DNA of 64,000 nucleotides from Amoebidium appalachense (GCA_963693365.1 CAVNZM010000015.1:2852001-2916000); one strand, 5' to 3'. Shown: positions 1 through 15,032, counted from the stretch's first letter. Notes: a model not told the origin generated them from the sequence alone. A program made the numbers and translations.

Positions 1-1062
1 TTGGGGATGGGGGGGTGTGGGTGGGGGGAGGGAAGGGGGAAGGGGGGGGGGGGGGGGGGGGGGGAGGGGGGTGATTCCGGAGGGGGGATTATCCATGATT
101 GTAAGCCTGTACATGATTGTTTTTGACTGGTAGTACACTGCAGTGCTATTAGATTACGAAATGAACCAGATAGATGCCTGATGCACTATGAATATAATCG
201 TTGTGAGTTAAAAAAAGGTTGAGGGAGACTCAGAGGGCCACAACATGCTTTGATTTGTACATGGTTTACCAGTACAGAGGTGTGATGGAAGGCCGGCCCA
301 CAGTTCCCAGCACTGCTATGGCAAGCTCGTATGTATGCAACATCAAACTTGAAATGTGGCACGTCCAGCCCCGCACGCACGGTACGCGTTCACGTCCTTA
401 ACCAGCTGTGCATTCATTCCACCTCCGGATGCATTTATGTACATACTGTTGTGTATATCTTGAATGCTAGTGAAATTCACCCTAATAATATGAACATACC
501 CTAGTGATTTCTTTGCATTCATGTGATTTCTGACTGAAATTCTGAGGCCTTGAATTCGATGATATCATGTCGTTGTTTATTTATGTGATGTAGCACGTCC
601 GTACCGGTTGAGCCACGGCCATGACGACAGGGCGATTCCAGATAAAAAGACGAAAAAAGCGAGATAAGATATACATTATCATACAAAACTTTTATATTCA
701 TTTTCTTCTTCCACGGTCGTCAATTCGTTGCCCCCCTTCCGGAATTCTGAAAGAAAAGAAGTTAGGTACCACAAAGCTACGTACTTCACAGAAGTGCCGG
801 GAAAATCCCGGACAAAAGTAAACAGACCAATAACAACGCGACTTGTCTTTGATTGGTCTACAAGGTGGTGCGACTACATCCAATCACTGTAATCCATAAA
901 CTTCAACCAATCATATTTGTTAACTTAAGAATACAGTTACCTTTTATGGTTTTGACGGATGCCAAAAAGTCAAACATGCATTCCGCAGGAGTATACAAGC
1001 AGTCCACACCATCAGCACCAAGCCAGAACAGTCGCATTAGTTTGAAGCGATTGAACCGGAAA

Positions 1063-1990
1063 ATGAAGACCGCGTTCGCTTCTCTCTTCGCCGTTGTTGC
1101 CGGCGTCAGTGCCGGCTACACCCCGTCTTTTATCACGTGCAAGGAATCCAACGTGCAGTGCCAGTACGGCTACGACCCCCATGTGACCCGCTGCAAGCCC
1201 TGGGTCGGCTCCGACTTTGCCTGCAGCAAGATTTGCTGTGCTGGCGCCCCCCATCCTCCTCCCCCCCCTCCCACCCCACCCTCTCCCCCCTCGTTCATCA
1301 CCTGCAAGGAGTCCAAGGTGGCCTGCAAGTACGGCTACAACCCCAAAGTGACGCGCTGCAAGCCCTGGGATGGCTCTGACTACGCCTGCAGCAAGCTCTG
1401 CTGTGCCCCACCCCCACCCCCACCCCCTTCGTTTGTGCGCTGCGACTCCAAGGAGGCCCACGCCACCTGCAGCGGATGCCCCCACGGCTACAAGGCCGAC
1501 CCCAAGGTTGGCGGCGTGATGCGCTGCAAGCTGTGGGCTGGCTCCACCCAGCACTGCAGCCCCCAGGTCTGCTGCAAGCCTCCTCGCCCCCCACCTCCCC
1601 CACCAAAGCCCCAGCCCCCACCGCACCCCAAGCCCCAGCCCCCCACCCCGCCGCCCAAGCCGTCGTCTCTGATTCCCTGCGACAGTGCCAAGGCCAATGT
1701 GGCCTGCAAGGACGGCTACAAGCACGACCCCAAGACGCACGGGGTCATGCGCTGCAAGCTGTGGGCCGGCTCCACCGTGCACTGCTCTGCCGCCACCTGC
1801 TGCGCTCCCCCCACCCCCACCCCCCAAGCCCTCCACCTACATCCGCTGTGACAAGGCCAGCCCTACCCCCATCTGCCCGTACGGCTTCAAGAAGGACCCC
1901 AAGGATGGCGGGGTGATGCGCTGCAAGACATGGCCCGGCTCTACCGTCGAGTGCAACGCCATCACCTGCTGCGCCCCCCAGCACTATTAA
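1063..1990 (+). CDS. Intronless secreted Cys/Pro-rich repeat protein (five ~6-Cys modules with poly-Pro linkers), copy A1; one frameshift in the C-run near 1807-1825
   Basis: ATG at 1063 starts signal peptide MKTAFASLFAVVAGVSAG. Modules follow C-x6/8-C-x2-G[YF]...RCKxWxGS-x3-C-x4-CC. ORF 853..1851 joins ORF 1685..1990 if one C is removed, and the join matches paralog A2, which is in frame there. Confidence 0.85.
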
Positions 1991-2556
1991 CAGCATTGTG
2001 ATTATCCATGGTGCCTGTAAATAGATTACTACAGACCGGGTAACAAACAGGGGTGGTTTACTAGTTGACATGGTCAGCATCGACTGTATATATTAACATG
2101 TTGAATATGCACTTGTAAATAATATAGACGTGCACATTTGAAACTAGGTTTTGCATGTTGCTTTTCACTTTTTTCCGGGCCGATACAGTACTCGGAGGGC
2201 ACTATGAAGTGCATTTGATGATTCCTCTGTACATATGGTGATGGTGAATCGCACATGTTCGTGACTGTGCTACCTTTAATAAAAGCCTGAACATATGCAT
2301 AAAACTTATCATTTAAGCTGCTGCTACTTAAAGTTCTCTGGTGACACATGTGCTGCTAAGTGTACATGTATTCACACGTGTGTGCACACATGACCCAACT
2401 GAAACAGTATGATCCATGTAAACATGATCATGAAAGGAAACACCCACATCCGCATAAATGCTTAAAGGGGTCACCTGAAAGTGGCTCATTTTCATGTATA
2501 TTCTGATTTTAACGGAAATAAAACGAGTCATATATAATATGATGATTATGATTTAT

Positions 2557-2601
<45 letters not shown>

Positions 2602-2636
2602 TACATGTACATATATATGGATACTTAGTACCGTCT

Positions 2637-2737
<101 letters not shown>

Positions 2738-2782
2738 TCCGGTTGTGGGTCACCCCTCCTAGGCCTTGTGGGCTAAGAAGTA

Positions 2783-2820
<38 letters not shown>

Positions 2821-3268
2821 ACACACACACAAAAAAAAAAAAAAAGAAAAAGAAAAGCTCTAGTTCACACTTGTGCATAGGCTGAGAGGTTAGCATTCAG
2901 CACAAGCCCGCCAACACACATGCACACACCATACAGGCACACGTACATATGTAGGTGTGTGCCGTGCCACACAGTCACGTGACTCCCACACACACACAAA
3001 TGGGAAGCGCTTACAGACACACACGTACACACAGCCAGATAGAACACACACAGACACAACCACAATAGACACGCGCCGTGACACCTTCAAGTATGAAAAT
3101 TCGTGCAATAGCAGAGCCGTGTCCATGATACGCATTGTTACTAATGACAATAACAATACTTACTTAGCACCCGATAGCGAAAGCAGACAACCTTTTAGGA
3201 CCTATACGCACAATAGTATTTAACGAACCTGGTCCATAGCCTGCAAGGCGTCCACGTGTGTGTGTCAC

Positions 3269-3318
<50 letters not shown>

Positions 3319-3392
3319 CGCGCGCGCGTGTGTGGGCGTGTGTGTGTGTGTGCGCGTCCATATTTGTGTCACGGTCTGTATGTGTGTTGACG

Positions 3393-3460
<68 letters not shown>

Positions 3461-3729
3461 CTTTGACCCTTTTCTATCATGGTCCAATTCAGCACTGCTG
3501 CTATTTAGTGTGTACCAGCCCCAGGAGACCTATACTATACCTACTTTCTAGAACTGAGCCCGTCAAACAGACATGACAGAACGATTGGGCTAAATAATTC
3601 ACAGACGGCTAGGAGGGCTTGCACTATATTTTAAAGGTTTCAAAACTAGGGGGGTCTAGTAGTGTGTGGGTGTGGATGGGTGGGTTACCGTGGGTTTATG
3701 TGTGCAGACAACTCGTCCGTGCATGGCAT

Positions 3730-3788
<59 letters not shown>

Positions 3789-4095
3789 CCTCCCTCCCTC
3801 CCTCCCTTTCTCCCTCCCTCCCTCCCCTCCCCCCCCCCCCCCCCCTATCTCCTTATCTCCCTCCCGCCATCCCTCCCTCCCTCCCTCCATCTCCCTCCAT
3901 CTCCCTCCCTCCCTCCATCTCTCCCTCCATCCATTCCTCCCTCCCTCTCTCTGTCTGCCTCTCTCTCCTTCTCTCTCTCTTTCTCTTTTCCCAGAAATGT
4001 ACTCTGCTGCGGCGACGGTGGGGGGGAGGGGAGGGGGGAGGGGGGGGGAGGGGAGGAGGAGGGAGGGGGGAGGGGGAGGGGAGGATATATATATG

Positions 4096-4134
<39 letters not shown>

Positions 4135-4169
4135 ATGATATGATATATATATATATATATATATATGAT

Positions 4170-4220
<51 letters not shown>

Positions 4221-4859
4221 TGGGGGCGCTACAGCTTAAGGGGATCTAGTTCCTCTCCGGGTACTCACCACCTTTTAGTTGTTCTTTTTTTTCTTTTACT
4301 ACGATCATCATTATTCTTATTGTGTTTGTTGTTGTTTATAGTATTTTGAGTGCCATTTACTAAATTTAGTGAGTCTATAAACAACAAATTTTTGCTTGTG
4401 CATATACCGGGTGTTCCACAAACTCCACCTCTCTGTTCATCTCTGGGCCCCTCCCTGTTGACTCGGGGGCGGGGCAGGGGGGGGGGGGGGGGGAGACTAT
4501 ATCGGATGGCAAACTACAATAGGCTCATATGATGGTGCTCCATGCCAACCAAACACGTGGGGGGTACTATATCGTAAGCCGTTTCTATTGGTTCAATATA
4601 GAGGAGGCATGCAGTTAGTGACATCCGAGGGGGCGTTATACCGTGGGGGGTGGGGTGGGGTCGGGTGTGTGTGTGGGGGGGGGGGGGGGGGGGGGCGGGG
4701 AGGGGGGTAAATAACGAGAGGAGACTGCATATGACGCAGTAGAACTTGTAAACTCAGCCAGTATACGTAAGGACTAAAACTATCATCAAGTTGATGTCAC
4801 AGCGTTTAAGAAAAATTAGTGTAGTGCTGAGAAGAAAAAAATGTGTGTGTATTGGGTAT

Positions 4860-4913
<54 letters not shown>

Positions 4914-5657
4914 GAGGGGGGAGGGTGGATGCAAGGGGAATGTCACGTGTATGCATTGATAGTGAGAATCCTTGTGACATAAAGGAATGAAGAAGGACAA
5001 CCAAAGGAAGGGGACGAAGAGGCCGTGCAGGGGGGAGGCAGGGTGGGTGGGTGGGTGGGGGGGGGGGGGGGGGGGGGGGGGAAGCCTTCCCCCGAAGGTG
5101 GAGGGGGGAGGGGGTGTAGCATGCATGCATTTAAAAGGATTTCAACACGGAAACCTGAAGATGCTCACAGCAAAAGGAATAGGAAAAACGGGTGGAAGGT
5201 TATGTGACCTGGCAAAGTTGAAGTGCTCTTTTTTTGCCCATATTTAATATTTATTTTAAGAGGGTGGGTGGGGTGTGGGGAAGAGGGGGGGGGTTGTAAC
5301 CTAAAAATCTCTCCTGTGACTTAATATATCCTCCTTCCCCTCGAATTCGGTTTAGTGAACAGTTAAACCCCCACGCTTTTGCTTTTCTTTTTTCCTGTTT
5401 CTAGATCAAGTTGGTCAGTCAGTCAGAGCCGGTGTAATTCGTCAACGACAGAAAAGGTTGGAATTAAAAGGCTGTGGTTCCACGATGTGTAATTGTAATT
5501 AGCTAAAATTATAAAGTATTAAATGATCATCCGGGAAAAATTACTACGGTTTGCGGCGTGTATCTCGCACTGAAGTATTGGAGTGTGCACGAAAACAACG
5601 AAAACAACGAAAACAACCTTTACGGGTGGTGATGGTGGTGGTGGTGGTGGTGGTGGT

Positions 5658-5689
<32 letters not shown>

Positions 5690-6793
5690 AGGGGGGACAA
5701 AAAAAAAGAGGGGGGGGGGGGGGGGAGGGAGGGACAAAAAAAAGGGGGGGGGGGGGGGGGGGGGGAGGCAACGAATGTTGAAGTATGATGGTGAAGAGAC
5801 GAAAAGCGACAACCCGAGATGAGTGAAGCAAATGAAAATTATCTATGGAAAAGGGGACACCCCCCTCCCCCCCCCCCCCCCCCCTTCCCCACCGCCCCTC
5901 AAACCGCACCCCCCCCCCCCCCCCCCCAATCCCCCCCTCCCCCCCCCCCCCCTGCCCCTGCCCCCCATTTCCACACCCTCGGCCTCCACTGACCATTAAT
6001 AAAACACAGCTGGTCCCCTCCAGCACGCTCATGAACACATGTACGTGCGCGCGCATACACAACGCATACACACACACACACACACACAGACACACACACA
6101 CACACACACAGTGTGATGTTGTGATCTATTACTGTACGTGATGGAAGACTGGCTCCGCTGTCTGTTCGGGTGTGGCACCTGTGCATACGTGCATGTGTAT
6201 GTCTGTGTGCGTGTGCGTGTGGCTCCCCCTTGGTGTGTGGGTAGGTGTGTCGTGTGTACTGTGCATGTGTACATGTACCACTTTGACATGCAAACGTTTC
6301 AGTGTGTGTGTGCAGGTTCAGTGTGTGTGTGCACATTTCAGTGTGTGTGTGTACAGAGTATGTGCAAGCGTGGTGCATTTATGCTAATCGACAGCCTGGT
6401 TCTTGTGTGGTTGAATGTGTCATAGTGTAGGTGCTGCCACTAATTTTCAGTGATATTCACGGTGTCTTAACACACCAATTGCATGTAGTATGGCATATAT
6501 AGTAATATGTTTGGATGTCGAGTTAATTCAGTGAGGCAGTTACACACACGTGCTGTCCATCGTATTGCATGTTTACTACGAAATTATCTCATGCACAGGG
6601 CACTTATTTTCGCCCCGCGAAAAGGTATACAAGAACCACATGGCAAACTCAATGAAGCGCGGTTGCCAATAAAACAAGTCAATATATACAGTTGGTGCTG
6701 GCCATGTCAGCAATTCAACCACCACCTCCCCTTATTTGGTCCTATTTACAAACGGTTTATAAAAGCACAGACACTTCACTACAGGCAGTGTTA

Positions 6794-7722
6794 TTAATAG
6801 TGCTGGGGGGTGCAGCAGGTGATGGCATTGCACTCGACGGTAGAGCCGGGCCATGTCTTGCAGCGCATCACCCCGCCATCCTTGGGGTCCTTCTTGAAGC
6901 CGTACGGGCAGATGGGGGGAGGGCTGGCCTTGTCACAGCGGATGTAGGTGGAGGGCTTGGGGGGTGGGGGTGGGGGGGCGCAGCAGGTGGCGGCAGAGCA
7001 GTGCACGGTGGAGCCGGCCCACAGCTTGCAGCGCATGACCCCGTGCGTCTTGGGGTCGTGCTTATAGCCGTCCTTGCAGGCCACATTGGCCTTGGCGCTG
7101 TCGCAGGGAATCAGAGACGACGGCTTGGGCGGGGGCGTGGGGGGCTGGGGCTTGGGGTGGGGTGGGGGCTGGGGCTTGGGTGGGGGAGGTGGGGGGGGAG
7201 GAGGCTTGCAGCAGACCTGGGGGCTGCAGTGCTGGGTGGAGCCAGCCCACAGCTTGCAGCGCATCACGCCGCCAACCTTGGGGTCGGCCTTGTAGCCGTG
7301 GGGGCATCCGCTGCAGGTGGCGTGGGCCTCCTTGGAGTCGCAGCGCACAAACGAAGGGGGTGGGGGTGGGGGTGGAGCACAGCAGAGCTTGCTGCAGGCG
7401 TAGTCAGAGCCATCCCAGGGCTTGCAGCGTGTCACCTTGGGGTTGTAGCCGTACTTGCAGGCTACCTTGGACTCCTTGCAGGTGATAAAGGAGGGGGGGA
7501 TGGTGGGGGAGGAGGGGGGAGGGGGAGGGGGGCGCCAGCACAGCAGATCTTGCTGCAAGCAAAGTCGGAGCCGTCCCATGGCTTGCAGCGGGACACATGC
7601 ATATGGGGGTCGTAGCCATACTGGCACTTGACGTTGGAATCCTTGCACGTGATAAACGACGGGGTGTAGCCGGCACTAACGCCGGCAACAACGGCGAAGA
7701 GAGAAGCGACCGAGGTCTTCAT
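6794..7722 (-). CDS. Intronless secreted Cys/Pro-rich repeat protein, copy A2 (inverted paralog of A1); frameshift in G-runs at ~7491-7530
   Basis: ORF 7462..7722 (MKTSVASLFAVVAGVSAG...) plus ORF 6794..7648 reconstruct a near-identical five-module protein ending ...CCTPQHY*. A1 is in frame where A2 is shifted. Confidence 0.85.
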
Positions 7723-7785
7723 TTTTCAGTTCAATCGCTTCAAACGAATGCGACTGTTCTGGTTTGGTGACGGCAGTGTGGACTG

Positions 7786-7972
7786 TTTATATACCGCAAG
7801 GGTTCCGGCTGTGGAATGCATGTTTGACTTTTCGGAATCTGTCAAAAGTTTTCACAACCGTAAAAGGTAACTGTATAAACAAAAATGATTGGTTGGAGTT
7901 TATGGATTACAGTGATTGGATGTAGTCGCACCACCTTGTAAACCAATCAAAGACGAAACATGTTTTGATTGG
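7786..7972 (-). promoter_or_regulatory. Putative core promoter of A2: TATATAAA plus several CCAAT boxes, conserved upstream of A1
   Basis: TATATAAA at 7793-7786 lies ~65 nt upstream of the ATG (A1 has TATACAA at ~992). CCAAT/ATTGG motifs occur at equivalent positions in both copies (A1 ~851, 880, 908). Confidence 0.45.
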
Positions 7973-8776
7973 CCCGTACTCCTTTGCGTGGGGTTCTCCC
8001 CGAGTCACAGACTGTGGCACGACCCGCTTTGTGGCCACAGTAGAAGAAAAAAGCGTTCGAAGTCCGAAAGCACATAATGCAGAAAAACTCATTAGGGGAT
8101 ACTTTATACCTTCGTTAGTGCTCTTTTATTAACATTTCAAGGTTAAAGGCAACAGTATTGTATGTACGTAGGGCATTCAAAGGCAGCATACGTGAACGCG
8201 TACGTGCCGTGCGTGCGGGAGCTGCGTGCGGGGCTGGACTTTCCGATGATGCACGTTTTGATGGAAGCGAGCTGTGATCGTCATGACCTCCCACCACACA
8301 CCCTGTACTACATAGTACTTGAGATAATAAAAAAAAAAAAATTGGGGGTCAATTCACAAGTATGCAGTATATGTATATTATTCTTTGTCGAATTCATTCG
8401 AAGTGGACGTTTGGCACTGCTGAGCTTTACTCACGTTTGATCATGACTCAACACAGGTTGTTCCGGTACTATACGCCATCAGGGCTGGTAATGTTAGCCC
8501 TGTACGTGCACAGCACCTTGTCATTTTACCTACACGCCAAGTCAAGCATCATCAAGCCGGTGGTCATTGATGCATTGCATTAAAACCTTCTCCCCCTTTC
8601 GAGCTCCCCCCTATTAGACCCCTCAACCATGCGGGGATCGACATCGATCTCGTCGGGGAAGGAATATTCGGGCCCCGGAGGTCTAGAAAAACATGTGTTA
8701 TCCATTCAAAGTGCCGGTAGAAATCATTTGAACGACCGCACAAGCTTTTGATCATTTTACCGTCATGGATACATAG

Positions 8777-8810
<34 letters not shown>

Positions 8811-8845
8811 TTCCCCCACAGCCGCCGGAGGAGGAGAAGAAGGAA

Positions 8846-8961
<116 letters not shown>

Positions 8962-9012
8962 GGTCAGATATAGTTGTTGGTGGGTTTAACTCCTTGACAC
9001 CAAGCCTCCGAC

Positions 9013-9043
<31 letters not shown>

Positions 9044-9240
9044 TATTTGCTTACATTATTGGGGAGGGAAGGGGAGGGGGTGAGGGGAGGGGCGGAAGGG
9101 GGTCTGGGAGGGGGGCTCAACGGGTGATGGGTCTCCCCCCTCTCCCATTCCTCCCCCCCCCCCCCCCCCCCCCCCCGAATTTTACTAGCTAGTGCCCCCC
9201 CCTCCCCCCTCCGCCCCCCCCCCCCAATCCAAAAATGCTA

Positions 9241-9287
<47 letters not shown>

Positions 9288-9599
9288 CACGGTTTGCAAG
9301 GTGAAAAGAAGGAATGTGTATGGCAGGGTGGTTACCATGGTGCTCGAAATGTGTATTCTTCTTGCTTGCCGACACAGCTTAAAAGTTTGCATTGTCACCA
9401 TAAATTCTCTTCCCGTCCGGCATCTGTGCAACAAATGGAGGGAAGGAGAGAGGGAGGGCAGGGGGAGAAGAGAGGGGAGATGGGGAAGGGGAAGAGGCAG
9501 GGGAAAATTTGAGAGACAGAGAGGGGGGGTGGGGGAAGGGAGAGGAAGAGAGAGACTGAGGGAGAGCGAGAGAGGGGCGGAGAGAGAGATTGAGACGGG

Positions 9600-9659
<60 letters not shown>

Positions 9660-10025
9660 GGGGGGGGAAGGGTCAATGCATGTGAGAGTGAGTGGGGAGA
9701 GAGAGAGAGGGGCGAAGGGAGGGACGGAGGGAGGAAGGGGGAGGGGGGGGAGGGAGGAGGGAGGGAGAGAGAGAGCGAGGGAGAGAGGAGAAAGGAGATA
9801 GGGGGAAGGGGGGGGGGGGGGGGGGGGGGGGGGGCTACAGTGACTGCACGCGACATTTATCTATGTCACAAGAGGCAGAGCACTCAAGAGTCTGTCTAAT
9901 CATACCCAAAACATTTTTTGTGATCGTCAAGTTATTCAGCTACAGTATGATATTGTTCTTTTTCTCCCCCGCAACTCGCTTATCAGCTTAAAGCTGGCAA
10001 CCAATTCGAATCAATACACGTTCGA

Positions 10026-10070
<45 letters not shown>

Positions 10071-10329
10071 ATGTGTGTGTGTGTGTGTCTGTATGTTCGT
10101 GTGTGTGTGTGTGTGAGGGTGTCACGGTGTGTGTGTGTCCCTGCCAATCGTTAACAATATTTTTGGTGAATGAACGTGACGAGTGGATTCAGATTCTTTC
10201 CATATATTCTTTTCTCAGTTGGTCTGACTTGACGTGTCGTTGCACAGAGACACCAGGCCTGCATATGTGGGGCTGTCGTGAAGACTGAACACCCGAAGGA
10301 ACAGCTCCTTGTTCTCTGTCGTCAGTCGC

Positions 10330-10712
10330 TGTGTGTGTGTGTGTGTGTGTGTGTGTACGTATGCGTGTGGTGTGTGTGTGTGTGTGGAGGGGGGCATGCA
10401 CGTAAGTCGGTCGTGTGCTTGTGCTGTGTGTGTGCGTGTGTGTGTGTACGTATGCGTGTTGTGTGTGTGTGTGGAGGGGGGCATGCACGTAATTCGGTCG
10501 TGTGCTTGTGCTGTGTGTGTGCGTGTGTGTGTGTACGTATGCGTGTTGTGTGTGTGTGTGTGGAGGGGGGCATGCACGTAATTCGGTCGTGTGCTTGTGC
10601 TGTGTGTGTGCGTGTTGTGTGTGTGTGTGTGGAGGGGGGCATGCACGTAATTCGGTCGTGTGCTTGTGCTGTGTGTGTGCGTGTGTACGTATGCGTGTTG
10701 TGTGTGTGTGTG
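10330..10712. repeat. Minisatellite, ~4 copies of a ~70-89 bp GT-rich unit
   Basis: Core GGAGGGGGGCATGCACGTAATTCGGTCGTGTGCTTGTGCTG recurs with GCATGCACGTAA at ~10394, 10481, 10570 and 10639. Confidence 0.9.
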
Positions 10713-10960
10713 GTGGGGGGGGGGGGGGGGGGGGGGGGGGGGAGGGGAGGAAGGGAAGGTCTAGAAATGCACTACAGTGCACAAAATACACATCATGATA
10801 GACACCACAAAGTAATAAAAATTCTAAGCACACCGCAGAGCACACGTAGCAAGCATGCATCATAAGCAGGGACGGCTCCAAGTCATCAACGGTGTCCTCT
10901 CTCTCTTTTTTTTTTGTGTGTGTGTGTGTGTGTGTTTGTGTGTCAGGTGGGTGGGTGGGT

Positions 10961-10991
<31 letters not shown>

Positions 10992-11556
10992 AGGGATCGC
11001 CCTAGGCAGAGTATTGCAAGGGTCTATGCGACAAAGTGTTTTTCAGTTTCTGGTATTACTTCTCACAAAGTCATTTTGAGTTTCTGGATATTTCCTATTT
11101 ATTTCGATGATACTAAACAGAATGACCAGGAATCCGTTGTGAGTGGATATACTTCGGATACATTGTCTTCGGAAATCCGAGTCCTGGCTCAAAAACGACA
11201 TGTGTTTTGCAGCATATACCCACTAATCCACGTGCATCCCCGAAAGCTTCAAATCACTACCAAAAAAAAGTGAACAGTGCAAACGTAGCCGTTTGTGACG
11301 ACGAAACAAAAACGGAACACACTATATTCCACCCTACTCTCACTCTGCCAAGAGGGAAAATGTACAGGGAGAGAGAGTTCATAGAGGTGTAAAGAGGAAA
11401 AAGGGGGAGAAAGAAAGGACGAAAGGAGCATTCGGCAAAAACAACCTCGTAAAAATATTTATCAACAAGAAAAACATGTGACCCCCCCCCCCCCCCCCCC
11501 ACACACACCACCACCACTCTTTCCTTCCCCTTTCTCCCCCCCCCCCCCCCCCCCCC

Positions 11557-11602
<46 letters not shown>

Positions 11603-11688
11603 CCCCTGCCCCCATAATGGGATGTGTCATTTAAAAAGCCATGGTAAAAGAGGTTAGGAAATATTACTGCTTTTTTTTTTCTTCTGCC

Positions 11689-12839
11689 TCATTCCCTATT
11701 GTTCCTGGCCCCATCTCTCTGCTTCGGCGACCGGGGGCGACGGTTGTCTCGGGGCTGCTGACGCCTCTCCCCAGAGTTTGCAGTTGCTGTGTGTGTTTGT
11801 GTGTGTGTGCGTTGTGTTTATGTGTCAGAAAAGACCTTTTAAGAACAGTTGGACTCTTAGCACTTTTTTCTTCACCATTTTGCATTATTACCCCTCCCCT
11901 CCCCCCCTCTCCCGGGCTGGCACCTTCCCCCCCCCCCCCCCCCCCCAAAAAAAAAAACCCCCGCCATAAACAAAGCACACCCACACACACACCACACAAC
12001 AAGTACTCTTACATTCAATTTTTGTGTATAAGCATCCGCCCAACCAACAAGCCAAACAGCGGCACAAAAGGGCATACATTGTTGCCAGCCCGAGACAGCA
12101 TGTACACATGCGCACTGTTGCACTTAACCAAATATGGCGTCGTCACGTGACCACGAGCCAATGAAAACGGTCTAGTGCACTCACTTTTCCAGGGACCAAT
12201 TACCCCACCAACCAGAAATAGGGTTGGGGGAACTCAACGCCCTGGGACTCAACCACTCCCCCCCCCCCCCCCCCCCCCCCCTCCCAACACACACACACAC
12301 ACACACACGCACACACCCACAGGAGGGACATGTAGCCACCTGCATACAGCTCAACCTTTCTCCTCATTTCCCAATCCGCTTTCCCACTCATTCAAACTGC
12401 TCCCCCCCCCTCCCCCCCCCCCCCCCAAAAAAAAAGCGAAAAGTAAAACACAAAACCCCCCTCTGTCCCTCCTCCCCCTCTCTCCTGCCCTCCCCAATAC
12501 ACACACAAAACCCACACTCTGCCCCTGCACACACCCACACACACACACACAGCAACCCACCTGCCACCACGTATTCAAAGCCATCGGGTATGGTGTTGTG
12601 CAGTGCCTTCTCAGCTGCACGTGCCGCATCGTCCTCTTCAAACTCGGCAATGACGTAACCAAGGGGCCAGTTGCCTGTCCGGCCAACAAAAACCTTGTTC
12701 AAGGTGCCGTGCGGCTTGAGCAGCTGTGTTTTTTTTTGTGTACGTGTATGTGCATGTGTGTGTGTACGTGTGTGTAGGTGATTGTGATTGTGTGAATGTA
12801 CGTGTGTGTGTGTGTGATTGCGTGATTGCGTGTGTGTGT

Positions 12840-12870
<31 letters not shown>

Positions 12871-13008
12871 GGGGGGGGTAGAATGTGTTATAGAGGGCAA
12901 AGTACACATTCATGACGGACAACACTGTGCAGATTGCAAAGCCCATAAAAGAGTATGCATTCATAGGCAGAGCACATCCTCAGGGGGACCCATGTTATCT
13001 ACAGTATC

Positions 13009-13062
<54 letters not shown>

Positions 13063-13283
13063 TGTATGGGTTAAAGCATTGGAAATTTGACAACAAAAGC
13101 GTCACAAAATTGAGAAGTGTGCAGGCAGAAGACACTTGAACAGAGCCCACCATCAGGGCGGTTCCTATGCCTCCACAAAAGCATGGATTTCGACTTTTAA
13201 ACCTCTCGCGCGTGGTTCCCAACCCATACTTCGTTTCAACAGGGGAAGGGGGGGGGGGGGATGTCCGTGTGAGTTAGTGGGTA

Positions 13284-13339
<56 letters not shown>

Positions 13340-14999
13340 CGTATGAGCGAGTGGGTGGGTGGATAAGTGTGTGTGTGTGTGTGTGTGTGTAAGTGAGCGT
13401 GTGTGTCCGTGTGAGTGAGCGAGTGTGTGTGTATGAGTGTGTGCAGGTGTGTCTACAACCTCAAAGAGAGAGAGAGAAAGAGGGGGGGGGGGGGGGGGGG
13501 GAGCAAGAAAAAAAGTATATTGTCACAGAGACTTTTAGTTTGCGCGTATTCCTGTTGGTATTCTCTTGTGTGTTTGCACGTATTCTCGTGTGCATTTGCA
13601 CGTTAGTCGGGCTTCTCAATGTGTCGATAAGATCGTCGCATTGGCGACTTGTATGCTGTTGAGCCCCCATCGAGCCAAAAAAAAAAAAAATGGGGGGGGG
13701 GGGGGGGGGGGGAGGCGGTTGGAATGCGGAACACGGCACGCCGTCTGTGAAACAAAATTCACGATGAGAGGCACAATGGTGCAGGACACACACAAAAGGC
13801 AACCATGTAAGATTGCTTCATGAAGTGCGACCCATTTGAAGCATTCTTACAAGGGATGGACACACACAAAGGCAAACATGTAAGATTGCTTCATGAAGTG
13901 CGACCCATTTGAAGCATTCTTACAAGGGATGGACACACACAAAGGCAAACATGTAAGATTGCTTCATGAAGTGCGACCCATTTGAAGCATTCTTACAAGG
14001 GATGGACACACAAAAAGGCAAACATGTAAGATTGCTTCATGAAGTGCGACCCATTTGAAGCATTCTTACAAGGGATGGACACACAAAAAGGCAAACATGT
14101 AAGATTGCTTCATGAAGTGCGACCCATCTGAAGCATTCTTACAAGGGATGGACACACACAAAGGCAAACATGGAAGATTGCTTCATGAAGTGCGACCCAT
14201 CTGAAGCATTCTTACAAGGGATGGACACACACAAAGGTAAACATGGAAGATTGCTTCATGAAGTGCGACCCATCTGAAGCATTCTTACAAGGGATGGACA
14301 CACACAAAGGCAAACATGGAAGATTGCTTCATGAAGTGCGACCCATCTGAAGCATTCTTACAAGGGATGGACACACACAAAGGCAAACATGGAAGATTGC
14401 TTCATGAAGTGCGACCCATCTGAAGCATTCTTACAAGGGATGGACACACACAAAGGCAAACATGGAAGATTGCTTCATGAAGTGCGACCCATCTGAAGCA
14501 TTCTTACAAGGGACGGACACACACAAAGGCAAATATGTAAGATTGCTTCATGAAGTGCGACCCATCTGAAGCATTCTTACAAGGGATGGACACACACAAA
14601 GGCAAACATGTAAGATTGCTTCATGAAGTGCGACCCATCTGAAGCATTCTTACAAGGGATGGACACACACAAAGGTAAACATGGAAGATTGCTTCATGAA
14701 GTGCGACCCATCTGAAGCATTCTTACAAGGGATGGACACACACAAAGGCAAACATGCAAGATTGCTTCATGAAGTGCAACCCATCAAGCATTCTTACAAG
14801 GGATGGACACACACAAAGGCAAACATGTAAGATTGCTTCATGAAGTTCGACCCATCTGAAGCATTCTTGCAAGGGATGGACACACGAGCAGAGCCCACAG
14901 CACACATCAGAGTATCCATAACCGGAGGGGGGGGGGTTCGCATGCTTCCACAAAAGAATGGGCGGTGTGTGTGTGTGTGTCTATGTGTGTGTGTGGTAA

Positions 15000-15032
<33 letters not shown>

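Noticed and set aside
1012-1836. 274-aa antisense ORF (and 6692..7615 +)
   Set aside because: Shadow frames of the GC-rich Cys/Pro genes.
13604-13657. Possible extra RRM-gene exon (HTSRQCDDLIDTLRSPTN)
   Set aside because: It is frame-preserving but would interrupt RRM2 helix 1, which reads well without it (DVENKFNE|LLKPHG).
13785-14886. CRISPR-like array
   Set aside because: Units are contiguous and near-identical with no unique spacers, there are no cas genes, and the context is a eukaryotic intron.
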